Shown here piece after piece: positions 16,595 to 25,877 of a DNA stretch of 46,525 bases (positions are counted from its first letter, which is position 1; each line of letters begins with the position of its first letter). The translations under genes and the position numbers were made by a program. Origin of the DNA: Hausera hauseri (lineage: Eukaryota). The stretch spans positions 1-46,525 of the forward strand of contig JBJURY010333269.1 of the NCBI GenBank assembly GCA_046269625.1, given 5' to 3'. Below the pieces are notes generated by a model. The model had not been told where the DNA came from. It ran no database searches and was given only the letters and a program-made list of their open reading frames with translations.

Positions 16595-18476
16595 GAAAAA
16601 TGTATGGACATTTGATCTGGAAGCTGATGGTCTTTTAGAAGAGGCTGCTGTGTGTTGGTGTGGAACTTTTAAGAATAAATTTTCTAAAGAATTAAAATCT
16701 TTTAGGCCACATCAAATCCAAGATATGCTTTCTTTTATGGATACATGTGATGTCCTTATAGGACATAATGTAATTGGATATGATTTCCCTTTATTGCAAA
16801 AATTGTATAAATACAAGTTTAAAGGGAAGAAAGTAGATACTCTTATTATCTCACGTCTTCTTGATCCTCAACGAAAGCCGCCGCCGAATTGCCCTAATAG
16901 AAGTATTGGAGGTAATTCTGTTGAAGCGTGGGGATGGAGAGTAGGACGAGGAAAGGTTGAGCACGAAGACTGGTCGCAATTCACAGAAGCGATGATGCAT
17001 CGCAACGTAGAGGATGTTGAAATTCAAGAACTAATCTACGATGCACTCATGCAGGAAGCTAAGGGTGGAAATTGGCGCGAAGCCTTCTTACTCACTTTTG
17101 AGCTATTTGAAAACCTCCAGAAACAAGAAGAATATGGATGGTTGGTGGATCAGCCACACATGGATAGGTGTATTAGTCAACTATCCCACTGGATTAGGAA
17201 GATTGATTTGGCAGTGGTGCCTAGGCTTCCTTATGTATTAGAAGTAGAAGAAAATAAACAGAAGGGAGAATATGGATTTCTCAAAAAACCTTTCCTCAAA
17301 TCGGGAGCTTATTCCCAAGCCGTTAGTGATTGGATGCTTAGTGTTGGTCTTGATCCTGACCTTCGTCCCGTGTCTGGTCCCTTTAGTCGAATTCTTTACA
17401 GGCCGGTAGACCTTAATAGCAATGACGAAACTAAAAACCTCCTTCTCTCTATGGGCTGGGAGCCGCAGGAATGGAACACAAACGACGAGGGGCAGCGTAC
17501 TAGTCCTAAGATGTCTAAGACTGAAGAGTTTGAAGGCGTCGAAGGAAAGGTTGGGAAGCTAATTGCTAGAAGGGTGCAAGCACGGCATCGTAGAAGCCAG
17601 ATTGAGGGGCTTAAAGATTTAATTCGTCCTGATGGTAGAGTGGCCAGTGTAGTGAACACCTTAGCTGTAACTGGCCGAGCTACACACAGGAACATTGTTA
17701 ACATCCCGAAAGAGTCTAGCTTCTATGGTCATCAGATGCGATCAATCTTCACAACTCGTGAAGGATATGTACTTGTAGGTACAGATAGCGATTCGTGTCA
17801 ACTACGAATGTTAGCTGGACGTATGGGTAGTCAGGCATATATTGATGCTATTCTTACTGGTGACAAGGCTAAAGGAACAGATAATCACAGTCTCACTAAG
17901 AAGGCGGCTGATCTAGAATCTAGAGATATTGCCAAGAATGTGATGTATTGTTTATTGTTTGGTGGCGGAGATGTGAAACTTGGTAAGACTGCGCTCAAGC
18001 CTGGAAAGGGAGCAGAAGTCCGTAAAGCTTTGTATAAGGGCTTGGATGGTTTGGAAGATTTGGTTGGGCGATTGACTAAAGAGTGGAAAGCTACAGCAAA
18101 GAAGCGATTTAATCCAAAATTCAATCGTATGGAATATTACGACGGAATGATTACAGGGTTAGATGGAAGGCCTATCAAAGTACCTTCTGAGCACATGCTT
18201 CTTGTTTATTTGCTTCAATCTGATGAATCCATCATGATGACTAAGGCATACAATCTAGCTAATGAAAGATTGAGTGAACGGTTCAAGTATGGCGAAGATT
18301 TTGGATTCGTTGTATGGATGCACGATGAGTACCAGGTCGAATGTCGAGTTTCTATCGCAGATGAGGTATGTAGTATATGTGAACAGGCCATCGTAGATGC
18401 TGGCAAGTTCTTTAATATCCTGTGTCCACATAAAGGTGATTCAAATGTTGGTAGAAACTGGGCTGAAACGCATTAA
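16587..18476 (+). CDS. Family A DNA polymerase with 3'-5' exonuclease
   Basis: FDLEADG, GHNVIGYDFP, TGR, motif A VGTDSDSCQLR, motif B RDIAKNVMY, motif C HDEYQ. Start is TTG at 16578 or 16587. Confidence 0.95.
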   Translation: MNRKNVWTFDLEADGLLEEAAVCWCGTFKNKFSKELKSFRPHQIQDMLSFMDTCDVLIGHNVIGYDFPLLQKLYKYKFKGKKVDTLIISRLLDPQRKPPPNCPNRSIGGNSVEAWGWRVGRGKVEHEDWSQFTEAMMHRNVEDVEIQELIYDALMQEAKGGNWREAFLLTFELFENLQKQEEYGWLVDQPHMDRCISQLSHWIRKIDLAVVPRLPYVLEVEENKQKGEYGFLKKPFLKSGAYSQAVSDWMLSVGLDPDLRPVSGPFSRILYRPVDLNSNDETKNLLLSMGWEPQEWNTNDEGQRTSPKMSKTEEFEGVEGKVGKLIARRVQARHRRSQIEGLKDLIRPDGRVASVVNTLAVTGRATHRNIVNIPKESSFYGHQMRSIFTTREGYVLVGTDSDSCQLRMLAGRMGSQAYIDAILTGDKAKGTDNHSLTKKAADLESRDIAKNVMYCLLFGGGDVKLGKTALKPGKGAEVRKALYKGLDGLEDLVGRLTKEWKATAKKRFNPKFNRMEYYDGMITGLDGRPIKVPSEHMLLVYLLQSDESIMMTKAYNLANERLSERFKYGEDFGFVVWMHDEYQVECRVSIADEVCSICEQAIVDAGKFFNILCPHKGDSNVGRNWAETH

Positions 18477-18897
18477 TCCTAAGAAAGGTAAACAACTTGT
18501 ATTAGAGATGTCAGTTAATGGGTGTATTATTTGTACATCCCACGCTCCAAATAAAGACGGCTATATTCGTATCTATGTTGATAAGGTGTCCGCACCTAGG
18601 ATGCAAATGCTACATCGTTTAACATGGAAATCAGCAGGTCAACAAATACCTGATGGATATGAATTAGATCATAAATGTAGGAATCGCGCATGTTGTAACC
18701 CAGAGCATTTACAACTATTAACTATTCGTGACCATAAAATTAAAACGAATAAAGAACGATATTTAGAACGAACTGAATTGATTGAGATGAATATTAGAAA
18801 TGGTATTAAAAATTCATTGATTGCTGCATCACACGGTGTTGGTATTCATACAGTTCGTCGTATTCAAAAACTTATGAAGGAGAAATATGAAGATTAG
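18445..18897 (+). CDS. HNH homing endonuclease
   Basis: HRLTW..ELDHKCRNRACCNPEHL plus C-terminal HTH; 5' end overlaps the end of the polymerase; start uncertain. Confidence 0.88.
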   Translation: MLVETGLKRINPKKGKQLVLEMSVNGCIICTSHAPNKDGYIRIYVDKVSAPRMQMLHRLTWKSAGQQIPDGYELDHKCRNRACCNPEHLQLLTIRDHKIKTNKERYLERTELIEMNIRNGIKNSLIAASHGVGIHTVRRIQKLMKEKYED

Positions 18898-19123
18898 TAT
18901 TCTGTTTGAAGATTTGTTTGACCCGGAGGTGGGCACTATTGCTGGTGATCTGTTGGAGTTTGATGGTGTGATTGCTTACGCTTTCCACAAAGCCACTGAT
19001 AACGAAGCACTGTTTGAAGTGCAATTTGCTGACGGCTTGGCTCGTATGTTTAAGCTGTCTAAGATTGCAGAGTTCTCTATTCAACAAACTAAGGAAGAAA
19101 AGGAAATTACTGATGGCGCTTAA
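18887..19123 (+). CDS. Hypothetical protein (78 aa)
   Basis: AAGGAG RBS. Confidence 0.75.
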   Translation: MKISILFEDLFDPEVGTIAGDLLEFDGVIAYAFHKATDNEALFEVQFADGLARMFKLSKIAEFSIQQTKEEKEITDGA

Positions 19124-19799
19124 TCTCAATCGACTCCCCAAGGCTAATTCAGATATGGCTCCTCAGGAGCTTCTGGATATTGGTAACTACCCTGGCCGAG
19201 TGGTGCAGATTATTGATCTTGGTCTGCAAGCTCAACGTCCTTTCAAGGGTAAAGAAAAGCCTCCAGCATACGAAGTGAATATGACGTATGAACTAGCTGA
19301 TGAATTCATGAAGGATAAGGAAGGGAATGAACTGGAGGATAAGCCTCGTTGGTTGTCTGAACGATTCCCTGTCTACAGTCTACAAGCTGAGAATAGTAAG
19401 AGCACCAAGCGTTATCTAGCTCTTGATCCTAAGCAAGATCATGGTGGTGATTTGACGGCTCTTATTGAATGCCCTTGTAATGTCACTGTGGTGCATAACG
19501 AGAGCGGTGGTAAAACTTACGCTAACGTTGGTGGCATCTCCGCTATGCGAGCTAAGGATGCTGAGAAGGCTCCGCCTCTGAAGAATGAGGCTAAGGTGTT
19601 CACTCTGGATGATCCTGATATGGAGGTTTACAACAGTCTTCCTGAATATCTGCGGAAGATTATTGAGGCTAATCTGGAATTCGAGGGCTCTAAGCTTCAG
19701 AAACTGCTCGGTGGCAAGGTTGCTCCTAAGGAAGAGCAGAAGGCTAAGCCTGCTCAGGAAGAAGAAGAAGAAGAGAATTCCGGACAGAATCCTTGGTAA
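19113..19799 (+). CDS. Putative single-stranded DNA-binding protein
   Basis: Start MALNLN after AAGGA; beta-rich core; acidic tail ending in an aromatic residue (EEEEENSGQNPW); lies between polymerase and exonuclease. Confidence 0.7.
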   Translation: MALNLNRLPKANSDMAPQELLDIGNYPGRVVQIIDLGLQAQRPFKGKEKPPAYEVNMTYELADEFMKDKEGNELEDKPRWLSERFPVYSLQAENSKSTKRYLALDPKQDHGGDLTALIECPCNVTVVHNESGGKTYANVGGISAMRAKDAEKAPPLKNEAKVFTLDDPDMEVYNSLPEYLRKIIEANLEFEGSKLQKLLGGKVAPKEEQKAKPAQEEEEEENSGQNPW

Positions 19800-20245
19800 T
19801 GGAATTAGACGATCAGAACTCCAAAGTTTGTAGACTGTGTTCTGAACGGAAACACGTATCTGAATACCACCCTAATAAACAATGCAAACTTGGTGTCGTA
19901 GGTACGTGTAAAATCTGTTCAACTATTCGTGTACAAAAATGGTATTCAGATAATCGATCACGGCGACAAGACTATTCGAATACTAAAAATCGATCTAGGA
20001 AAGATCAAATAATTGACCACTTTGGAAACAAATGTTTAGATTGCCAACAATCATATCCTAGATGTGTCTATCAATTCCACCATCTTGATCCGACTAAAAA
20101 GGATATGAATCCTAGTGCTGCAATCACTATGGGTGCTGAAAAGATGTGGAAAGAATTAGAAAAGTGTGTAATGCTGTGTGCGAATTGTCATATGATTCGC
20201 CACCATATTGGAAAGGAGGGCGTCGATGAAGCAAGCACTTATTGA
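19799..20245 (+). CDS. HNH homing endonuclease (Zn-binding)
   Basis: CRLC..CKIC; CLDC..FHHLDP..CVMLCANCH; TAATG coupling. Confidence 0.88.
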   Translation: MELDDQNSKVCRLCSERKHVSEYHPNKQCKLGVVGTCKICSTIRVQKWYSDNRSRRQDYSNTKNRSRKDQIIDHFGNKCLDCQQSYPRCVYQFHHLDPTKKDMNPSAAITMGAEKMWKELEKCVMLCANCHMIRHHIGKEGVDEASTY

Positions 20246-21028
20246 CGCAGATTAGGTATTCTCCTCTATGAAGTAGGGTTTGGTGTTGAGGCAGCATGGA
20301 AGGGGGAGGGCAAGGAAGGCCCCCCTCCCTTCGATAAGGCTGCTGAGATGTTAGAAAATCGCATTTCACATATTCTGGCAATGTCTGAATCTTCTGATCC
20401 TATTTGTTTCTTCACTGGTAAGACAAATTTCAGATATGACATTGCAGTGACACAACCTTACAAGGAGCGTCCAGGGAATAAGCCATTCCATTTCAAGAAT
20501 ATTAGAGCGTATATTCAAGGAAAATATGAATCAATCGTCACCGTGGGAATGGAGGCAGATGACGCTATCTCTCTGGCCCAGACCGCTAGGCCATCAGAGA
20601 CCATTATTTGTACAAGAGACAAGGACCTTCGATCTGTACCTGGGTGGCATTATGGTTGGGAGTTGGGAAATCAAGCCCAATTCGGACCAGAAATTATTGA
20701 TGAGATTGGGAGCATCAAACTATCAGATAAGCGAAACAAGCTCATCGGTACGGGCGGACTCTTCTTTTATTCACAACTACTCGTGGGAGACGGAGTGGAT
20801 AGCATCCCAGGTTTGGGAGGCAAATGCGGACCTGTTAGGGCCGCAGAAATACTTGAGGGGGTCACAGACCTACGTTCTGCATTTGAGCGCGTCAGAGAAG
20901 CCTACAGGGGTCTTTACGGGGATGTGGAAGGCGATAAAAGGATGCTGGAGCAAGGCAGGCTCTTGCACATGACTAGATATTTGGATGAATGGGGTAATCC
21001 TGTGTTGTGGGAATTCCCTTATGAGTGA
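20226..21028 (+). CDS. 5'-3' exonuclease (T7 gp6/FEN-like); frame interrupted by 5 nt (TAGGT, 20253-20257) after codon 9
   Basis: AGGAGG RBS, then MKQALIDAD-stop. ILLYEVGF... resumes at 20258 in frame with the 20348 ORF, which has YK..R, MEADD, RDKDL, GDGVDSIPG. Confidence 0.85.
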
Positions 21029-21416
21029 GAGAAAGGTATGGAACAATGGAGACTGGACAGAATCAAGATTCAATAGCTTTGTCAAGGGAGGATTGCGAAG
21101 CGTTAGTCAACGCTGGCCTCCAAAATATAGTGTCCTTGCTGCAGCGTGCATCGGAACCCAGCTCAATCCAGAGTCCGGACGAATGGCTAAGTTCTATGTA
21201 TGCAGCGAGTGTAAAGGTTCATACACTGCTAAGAATGTCCAAGTCGACCACATCGAACCAATCGTTCCAACTGAAGGCTTTTCCTCCTGGGACGACCTCA
21301 TTAATCGACTCTTCTGTGAGGCGGAGGGTCTTCAAGTAGTGTGCAAAGGCTGCCACTCTTCTAAAACACAACAAGAAAATAAAGAACGAAGGGAATATAA
21401 AAAGAATGCAAAATGA
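21021..21416 (+). CDS. HNH-fold endonuclease (probably a resident replication-module nuclease)
   Basis: CSEC..VQVDHIEP..LQVVCKGCH; composition matches the phage backbone. Confidence 0.85.
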   Translation: MSERKVWNNGDWTESRFNSFVKGGLRSVSQRWPPKYSVLAAACIGTQLNPESGRMAKFYVCSECKGSYTAKNVQVDHIEPIVPTEGFSSWDDLINRLFCEAEGLQVVCKGCHSSKTQQENKERREYKKNAK

Positions 21417-21651
21417 ATTTCTAGGCTTTAGTTTGTTTAATGACATTGAAGATGAACAGCTTCGTGCTCGTAATCGAGGGGTGGTTATGACAAACATGTA
21501 CGAAGATCATTGTGATAAGGAGACGGCTAAGCTCACCCCCCAATGGACTGCTAAGCTTCTTAAATACTTCAATTACATTCCTGAAGCTGAACGTGCTCTG
21601 GCTATGGGGTGTTTTTCTAATAGTATGTCACAGAGAGGATTTAAGGTATGA
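21406..21651 (+). CDS. Hypothetical protein (81 aa)
   Basis: Coupled ORF. Confidence 0.75.
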   Translation: MQNEFLGFSLFNDIEDEQLRARNRGVVMTNMYEDHCDKETAKLTPQWTAKLLKYFNYIPEAERALAMGCFSNSMSQRGFKV

Positions 21652-21968
21652 CGGAAGGAACTAAATATGACCAAGATAAGCCACCAATGGACCTCATCGA
21701 TCCGGAATACTTGGAAGGAACTGCACGAGTCCTGGGATTTGGTGCAAAGAAGTATGCCCGCCATAATTGGCGTAATGGTATTTCTTATTCTCGTCTTATT
21801 GCTGCGGCTTATCGTCACCTAGGAGAAATCAATAAGGGTGTGGATATTGATCCTGAAACTGGAGAGCTTCATGCTTATCATCTGAGCTGTTGCACCATGT
21901 TTCTTGCGTCAATGATGAATCACCGTCCTGATATGGATGATCGTTATAAGGAGAATAAAAATGTCTGA
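21648..21968 (+). CDS. dATP/dGTP diphosphohydrolase domain protein (DUF5664-like)
   Basis: GTKYDQDKPPMDLI, VLGFGAKKYARHNWRNG, DPETGELHAYH. Confidence 0.85.
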   Translation: MTEGTKYDQDKPPMDLIDPEYLEGTARVLGFGAKKYARHNWRNGISYSRLIAAAYRHLGEINKGVDIDPETGELHAYHLSCCTMFLASMMNHRPDMDDRYKENKNV

Positions 21969-22125
21969 ACGAGAAGAACAGCTATATAAACTGTTGAAAG
22001 ATATGGTCAATGATTGTTACTTTCATGAGCGTATTGAATTGCTGACACTTCTTTCTCATATGCATACTAGTACTAACATCCTCAAGCGCCTTCAGAATGT
22101 GGAGGAGATTAATGCGAACGTGTGA
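21961..22125 (+). CDS. Hypothetical protein (54 aa)
   Basis: AAGGAG RBS before ATG 21961. Confidence 0.65.
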   Translation: MSEREEQLYKLLKDMVNDCYFHERIELLTLLSHMHTSTNILKRLQNVEEINANV

Positions 22126-22180
22126 TTGTGTGTAGAAAAATCACAAGTATAAGAATATATAAGGCATCAACCAAGGAGTA

Positions 22181-22618
22181 TTGATGCCAAAAGTGAAAAA
22201 TAGAGATCGTGAATGTGCTAATTGCGGTAAACCATTTTCGTTAGATGACGAGGGCGCAAGAAAGAAATATTGTTGTGCCCGATGTATGAATCAAAACGGA
22301 TGGTTAAAAGGCGGTACAAAATATCGTAACTCAGAAAAAGGTAAGCAATCAATGTTTGCTTGGAGATTACGAAAGAATTTCAATCTAACTGTTGAAGAGT
22401 ACAATAACATGTTAGAAAATCAGAATCACAAATGTAAAATCTGTGAAATTGATGAGCCGATGGGTTATGGTTGGCATGTAGACCACTGCCATAACACTAA
22501 AAAAGTCCGTGGAATCTTGTGCCAACAGTGTAATCAAGGTCTCGGTTTATTCACTGATGATGTCAATAAATTACAGAAAGCTATTAAATATCTTGAAAAC
22601 AGCAGAAATTCAAGTTGA
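22181..22618 (+). CDS. Endonuclease VII-type (His-Me) homing endonuclease
   Basis: QNHKCKIC, HVDHCH, VRGILCQQCNQGLG; AT-rich. Confidence 0.9.
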   Translation: MMPKVKNRDRECANCGKPFSLDDEGARKKYCCARCMNQNGWLKGGTKYRNSEKGKQSMFAWRLRKNFNLTVEEYNNMLENQNHKCKICEIDEPMGYGWHVDHCHNTKKVRGILCQQCNQGLGLFTDDVNKLQKAIKYLENSRNSS

Positions 22619-23261
22619 CTTGATTGGTAGTTATGGTTCTGACGAAACGGTTGTAAACGCCGCACGAGTTAGTTTTCATAAAGATGCCGCTCAATATACA
22701 GAAGATCAGAATCATAAACTAATTAAATATCTAGCCAAGAATAAACATTTTAGTCCATTTAATCATTCGTTTCTGAGTTTTAAAATCAAAGCCCCAGTTT
22801 TTGTAAGTCGTCAATTAGTCAAACATCGCTTCATGCCTTGGAATGAGGTGAGTAGGCGATATGTGGATGAGGAGCCTGAGTTTTATATTCCTGAGTTCCG
22901 TATGAAGGCTGAGAACGTTAAGCAAGGAAGTAGTGAAGAGGTTCTTAAGAATGTATTCTGGCGATCAGCAGATAACTGGTACTCTCCTGAATCCCGTCTT
23001 GAAGAGATTCTCGCTGAATCTGTTGAGGCATATGAGGATATGTTAAATGCAGGTATGGCCCCTGAAGTGGCACGAGCTGTTCTCCCTCAGAACATGATGA
23101 CTGAATGGTGGTGGAGTGGTACTCTAGGGGCATTCGCTGACATGCTCCGCCTACGCCTTGATCCGCATGCGCAGAAGGAAAGCCGGATTGTAGCGGAGAA
23201 GGTTTACGCTGAAGTAGAAAAACTGTTCCCGGTTAGTATTAAAGCTTTGTTGGAGGTGTGA
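22593..23261 (+). CDS. thyX: Flavin-dependent thymidylate synthase
   Basis: VNAARVSF, HFSPF, RQLVKHR..WNEVSRRY, ARAVLP, HAQKE. Probable TTG start at 22593. Confidence 0.93.
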   Translation: MKTAEIQVDLIGSYGSDETVVNAARVSFHKDAAQYTEDQNHKLIKYLAKNKHFSPFNHSFLSFKIKAPVFVSRQLVKHRFMPWNEVSRRYVDEEPEFYIPEFRMKAENVKQGSSEEVLKNVFWRSADNWYSPESRLEEILAESVEAYEDMLNAGMAPEVARAVLPQNMMTEWWWSGTLGAFADMLRLRLDPHAQKESRIVAEKVYAEVEKLFPVSIKALLEV

Positions 23262-23416
23262 TGGAAGAAGAAACTATTACAATCACTAAGAAATTGTATC
23301 TATCCCTCGTGGATGACATGCGTTGGCGTGTAGCATTAGAGAATGCTGGTGTAGATAATTGGACTTGGTATGATGTGGCTATGGAAGAATATAACAAGGA
23401 GGATGATGACGAATGA
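23261..23416 (+). CDS. Small acidic phage protein (51 aa)
   Basis: MEEETITITKK..LENAGVDNWTWYD; GGAGG RBS. Confidence 0.75.
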   Translation: MEEETITITKKLYLSLVDDMRWRVALENAGVDNWTWYDVAMEEYNKEDDDE

Positions 23417-24156
23417 AAGTATTGCTACTAGACATCGAAACCGCACCTAATCTAGTCCATGTGTGGGGATTGTGGAATCAGAACGTTGCCATTAATCAAA
23501 TCATTGATGCTGGCTATGTTATGACCTGGGCTGCTAAGTGGCTTGATGAAGATGAGATTATGTTTGACTCTCTTAACAAGTCTGGTGCTAAGAAGATGAT
23601 TAGTCGCATTCACGCTCTTATTGATGAAGCTGATGCTGTTATTCATTACAACGGGAGTAAGTTTGACATCCCTACGCTTAACAAAGAATTTCTTCTCCAC
23701 GGTCTCAACCCGCCTGCCCCTCCTAAGCAGATTGATCTGTTGAAGGTCGCTCGTGCTCAATTCAAGTTTCCTTCTAATAAGCTTGATTATGTGGCCAAGG
23801 CCCTAGGTGTTGGTGGTAAGCTGAAGCATGCCGGTCATGCTCTCTGGATTCAGTGCATGAATAATGAGGAGGCTGCTTGGCGAGAGATGGAGGAATACAA
23901 CGTTAATGATGTTGTAATTCTTGAGAAGGTTTATTACAAGCTTCGCCCTTGGATTAAGAATCATCCAATTGCCGGCCTGTACAATAATGATGATAATGCT
24001 TGCCCTAATTGTGGGGGCCATCATCTGGAACGGCGAGGGTTCTCGTATACGGCAGCAGGTAAGTTCCAACGATTCCAGTGTAAAGATTGTGGAACGTGGA
24101 GCAGGAATAAGATTAATGAAGCGGTAAAGAAAATTCTTGCACAAGATAAAGGTTGA
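23413..24156 (+). CDS. DnaQ/RNase H-like 3'-5' exonuclease with C-terminal Zn ribbon
   Basis: LDIET, YNGSKFD, SNKLD, YNVND, CPNCG..CKDCG. Confidence 0.88.
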   Translation: MKVLLLDIETAPNLVHVWGLWNQNVAINQIIDAGYVMTWAAKWLDEDEIMFDSLNKSGAKKMISRIHALIDEADAVIHYNGSKFDIPTLNKEFLLHGLNPPAPPKQIDLLKVARAQFKFPSNKLDYVAKALGVGGKLKHAGHALWIQCMNNEEAAWREMEEYNVNDVVILEKVYYKLRPWIKNHPIAGLYNNDDNACPNCGGHHLERRGFSYTAAGKFQRFQCKDCGTWSRNKINEAVKKILAQDKG

Positions 24157-24500
24157 TGAGGATTATGGACGATAAAACGAATACTACATATTCCCTCAAC
24201 GATTACCAGGTGGATGCTATGAGTGTCCGCCTTGAGAGTGCTAATGGTGATTACGCTCTCTTAATGCTTCCAGGTGAGGTCGGTGAGATTTGTAGCCTCA
24301 AAGCTAAGAGCATCCGAGATGGTCGATCATTTGATTATGACCAGAAGATGAAGAAAGAACTCGGTGATGCTTTGTGGGGTATTGCAGCAATTGCAGAAGA
24401 TCATGGATTCACGCTGGAAGATATTGCTATCACGAATATTAATAAGCTGTTTGGTCGAAAGGAACGAGGGACTCTCGGTGGCAGCGGTGACGAACGTTAA
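24153..24500 (+). CDS. MazG-like nucleotide pyrophosphohydrolase
   Basis: LPGEVGE, KKELGDALW, NINKL..R..RGTLGGSGDER. Confidence 0.88.
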   Translation: MMRIMDDKTNTTYSLNDYQVDAMSVRLESANGDYALLMLPGEVGEICSLKAKSIRDGRSFDYDQKMKKELGDALWGIAAIAEDHGFTLEDIAITNINKLFGRKERGTLGGSGDER

Positions 24501-24507
24501 GGAATAA

Positions 24508-25877
24508 ATGGAACAAAGCATTCGTAGTAAACTAATTTATCAGCGTACTTACTCTCGGCCTCTCAATGATGAGGCTACAGTATTTGAAACATATGAACAA
24601 ACCATTGATCGAGTTATTGGACACCAACAATGGCTCTGGGAGCGAGCACAAGGACGAAGCCTCGACTGGGCTCAAGCAGCAGAGCTCGATGAACTGCGCC
24701 AGCTCATGGTCGAACGAAAGCTTCTTATGTCAGGCCGAACTCTCTGGCTCGGAGGTACTGAAGTTGCTAAGCGACGGGAAGCGAGTCAATTTAACTGTAG
24801 CTTCACAAACGTGGAATCAGTATATGACGTTGTTGACGTCCTTTGGCTACTCATGCAGGGTTGTGGAGTTGGGTTCCGACCTATTGTGGGTCAGCTTACA
24901 GGCTTCCAAAAGCCCATCAAAGAACTAGAGATTGTACGTAGTGAACGAACCGAAAAGGGAGGAGACCAAGAGAACAAAGAATTCTTTGAAGATGGTGTCT
25001 GGACAATCCAAGTTGGAGACAGTGCAGAAGCCTGGAGCAAGAGCATCGGTAAGCTGGTCGCTCATAAGTTTCCCGCCAGTAAACTTGTACTCGATTTCTC
25101 GCAGATTCGTCCAGCAGGAGAAAGGCTGAAGGGATATGGTTGGATTAGTAGCGGAGACGCAGCAATTGCTAAGGCTTACACTGCAATCTTTAACATCCTT
25201 AATAAGCGTGCTGGTAGCCTTCTTACTCGTATCGATATTCTCGATGTTGTTAACTGGCTGGGTACTATCCTTAGCTCTAGGCGCTCTGCTGAAATCGCTC
25301 TGTTTGAATATGGGGAAGATGAGTGGCAAGAATTTGTCGTAGCTAAGAATAATTGGTGGGAGAATAATGTTCAGCGTGCTCAAAGCAATAATTCCCTCCT
25401 CTTCAAACATAAGCCTACAATTGGAGAGCTTAAACACATCTTCGATCTTATGGTTGCTAGCGGTGGTAGTGAGCCCGGATTTATTAATGCTGAAGCTGCT
25501 ACTCGACGAGCACCGTGGTTTAAAGGTGCCAACCCTTGTGTGGAAATTCTCCTAGGTAATAAGAGTTTCTGCAATCTTTCGGAGGTGGACATTGGAAAGT
25601 TCTATGGTGATTCTTACGGCCTCCGCAGGGCTATTGAGCTGGCAGCGAGAGCTAATTACCGGCAAACATGCGTTAACCTTCTTGACGGTATTCTTCAAGA
25701 AGCATGGCATCTCAACAATGAGTTCCTCCGACTCTGTGGTGTTGGACTTACAGGAATCGTCACTAGGCCCGATCTTAAGTCTTACGACTACAGCGAGCTT
25801 CAGCGAGTTGCTACTTCAGGAGCTTACGGAATGGCTGACGAACTCCGGCTTCAACGTCCAAAGAACGTCACCTGCGT
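24508..25877 (+). CDS. nrdJ: Class II (B12-dependent) ribonucleotide reductase, exon 1
   Basis: RTYSR, GRTLW, FNC, GCGVGF, RRSAEI, NPCVEI, CNL; ends in KNVTCV. Confidence 0.9.

Noticed and set aside
20253-20257. Exonuclease gap as a group I/II intron or homopolymer sequencing error
   Set aside because: There is no ribozyme core nearby, and TAGGT is neither a homopolymer nor a tandem duplication. An assembly artefact is still not excluded.
15077-23261. Free-standing HEGs as intron-encoded
   Set aside because: No P/Q/R/S group I elements were seen around any HEG except the one in nrdJ, and the flanking genes are complete.
21648-24500. 2-aminoadenine (Z) or 7-deazaguanine DNA modification system
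   Set aside because: No PurZ, DpdA, FolE or QueC/D/E-like ORFs in the window.
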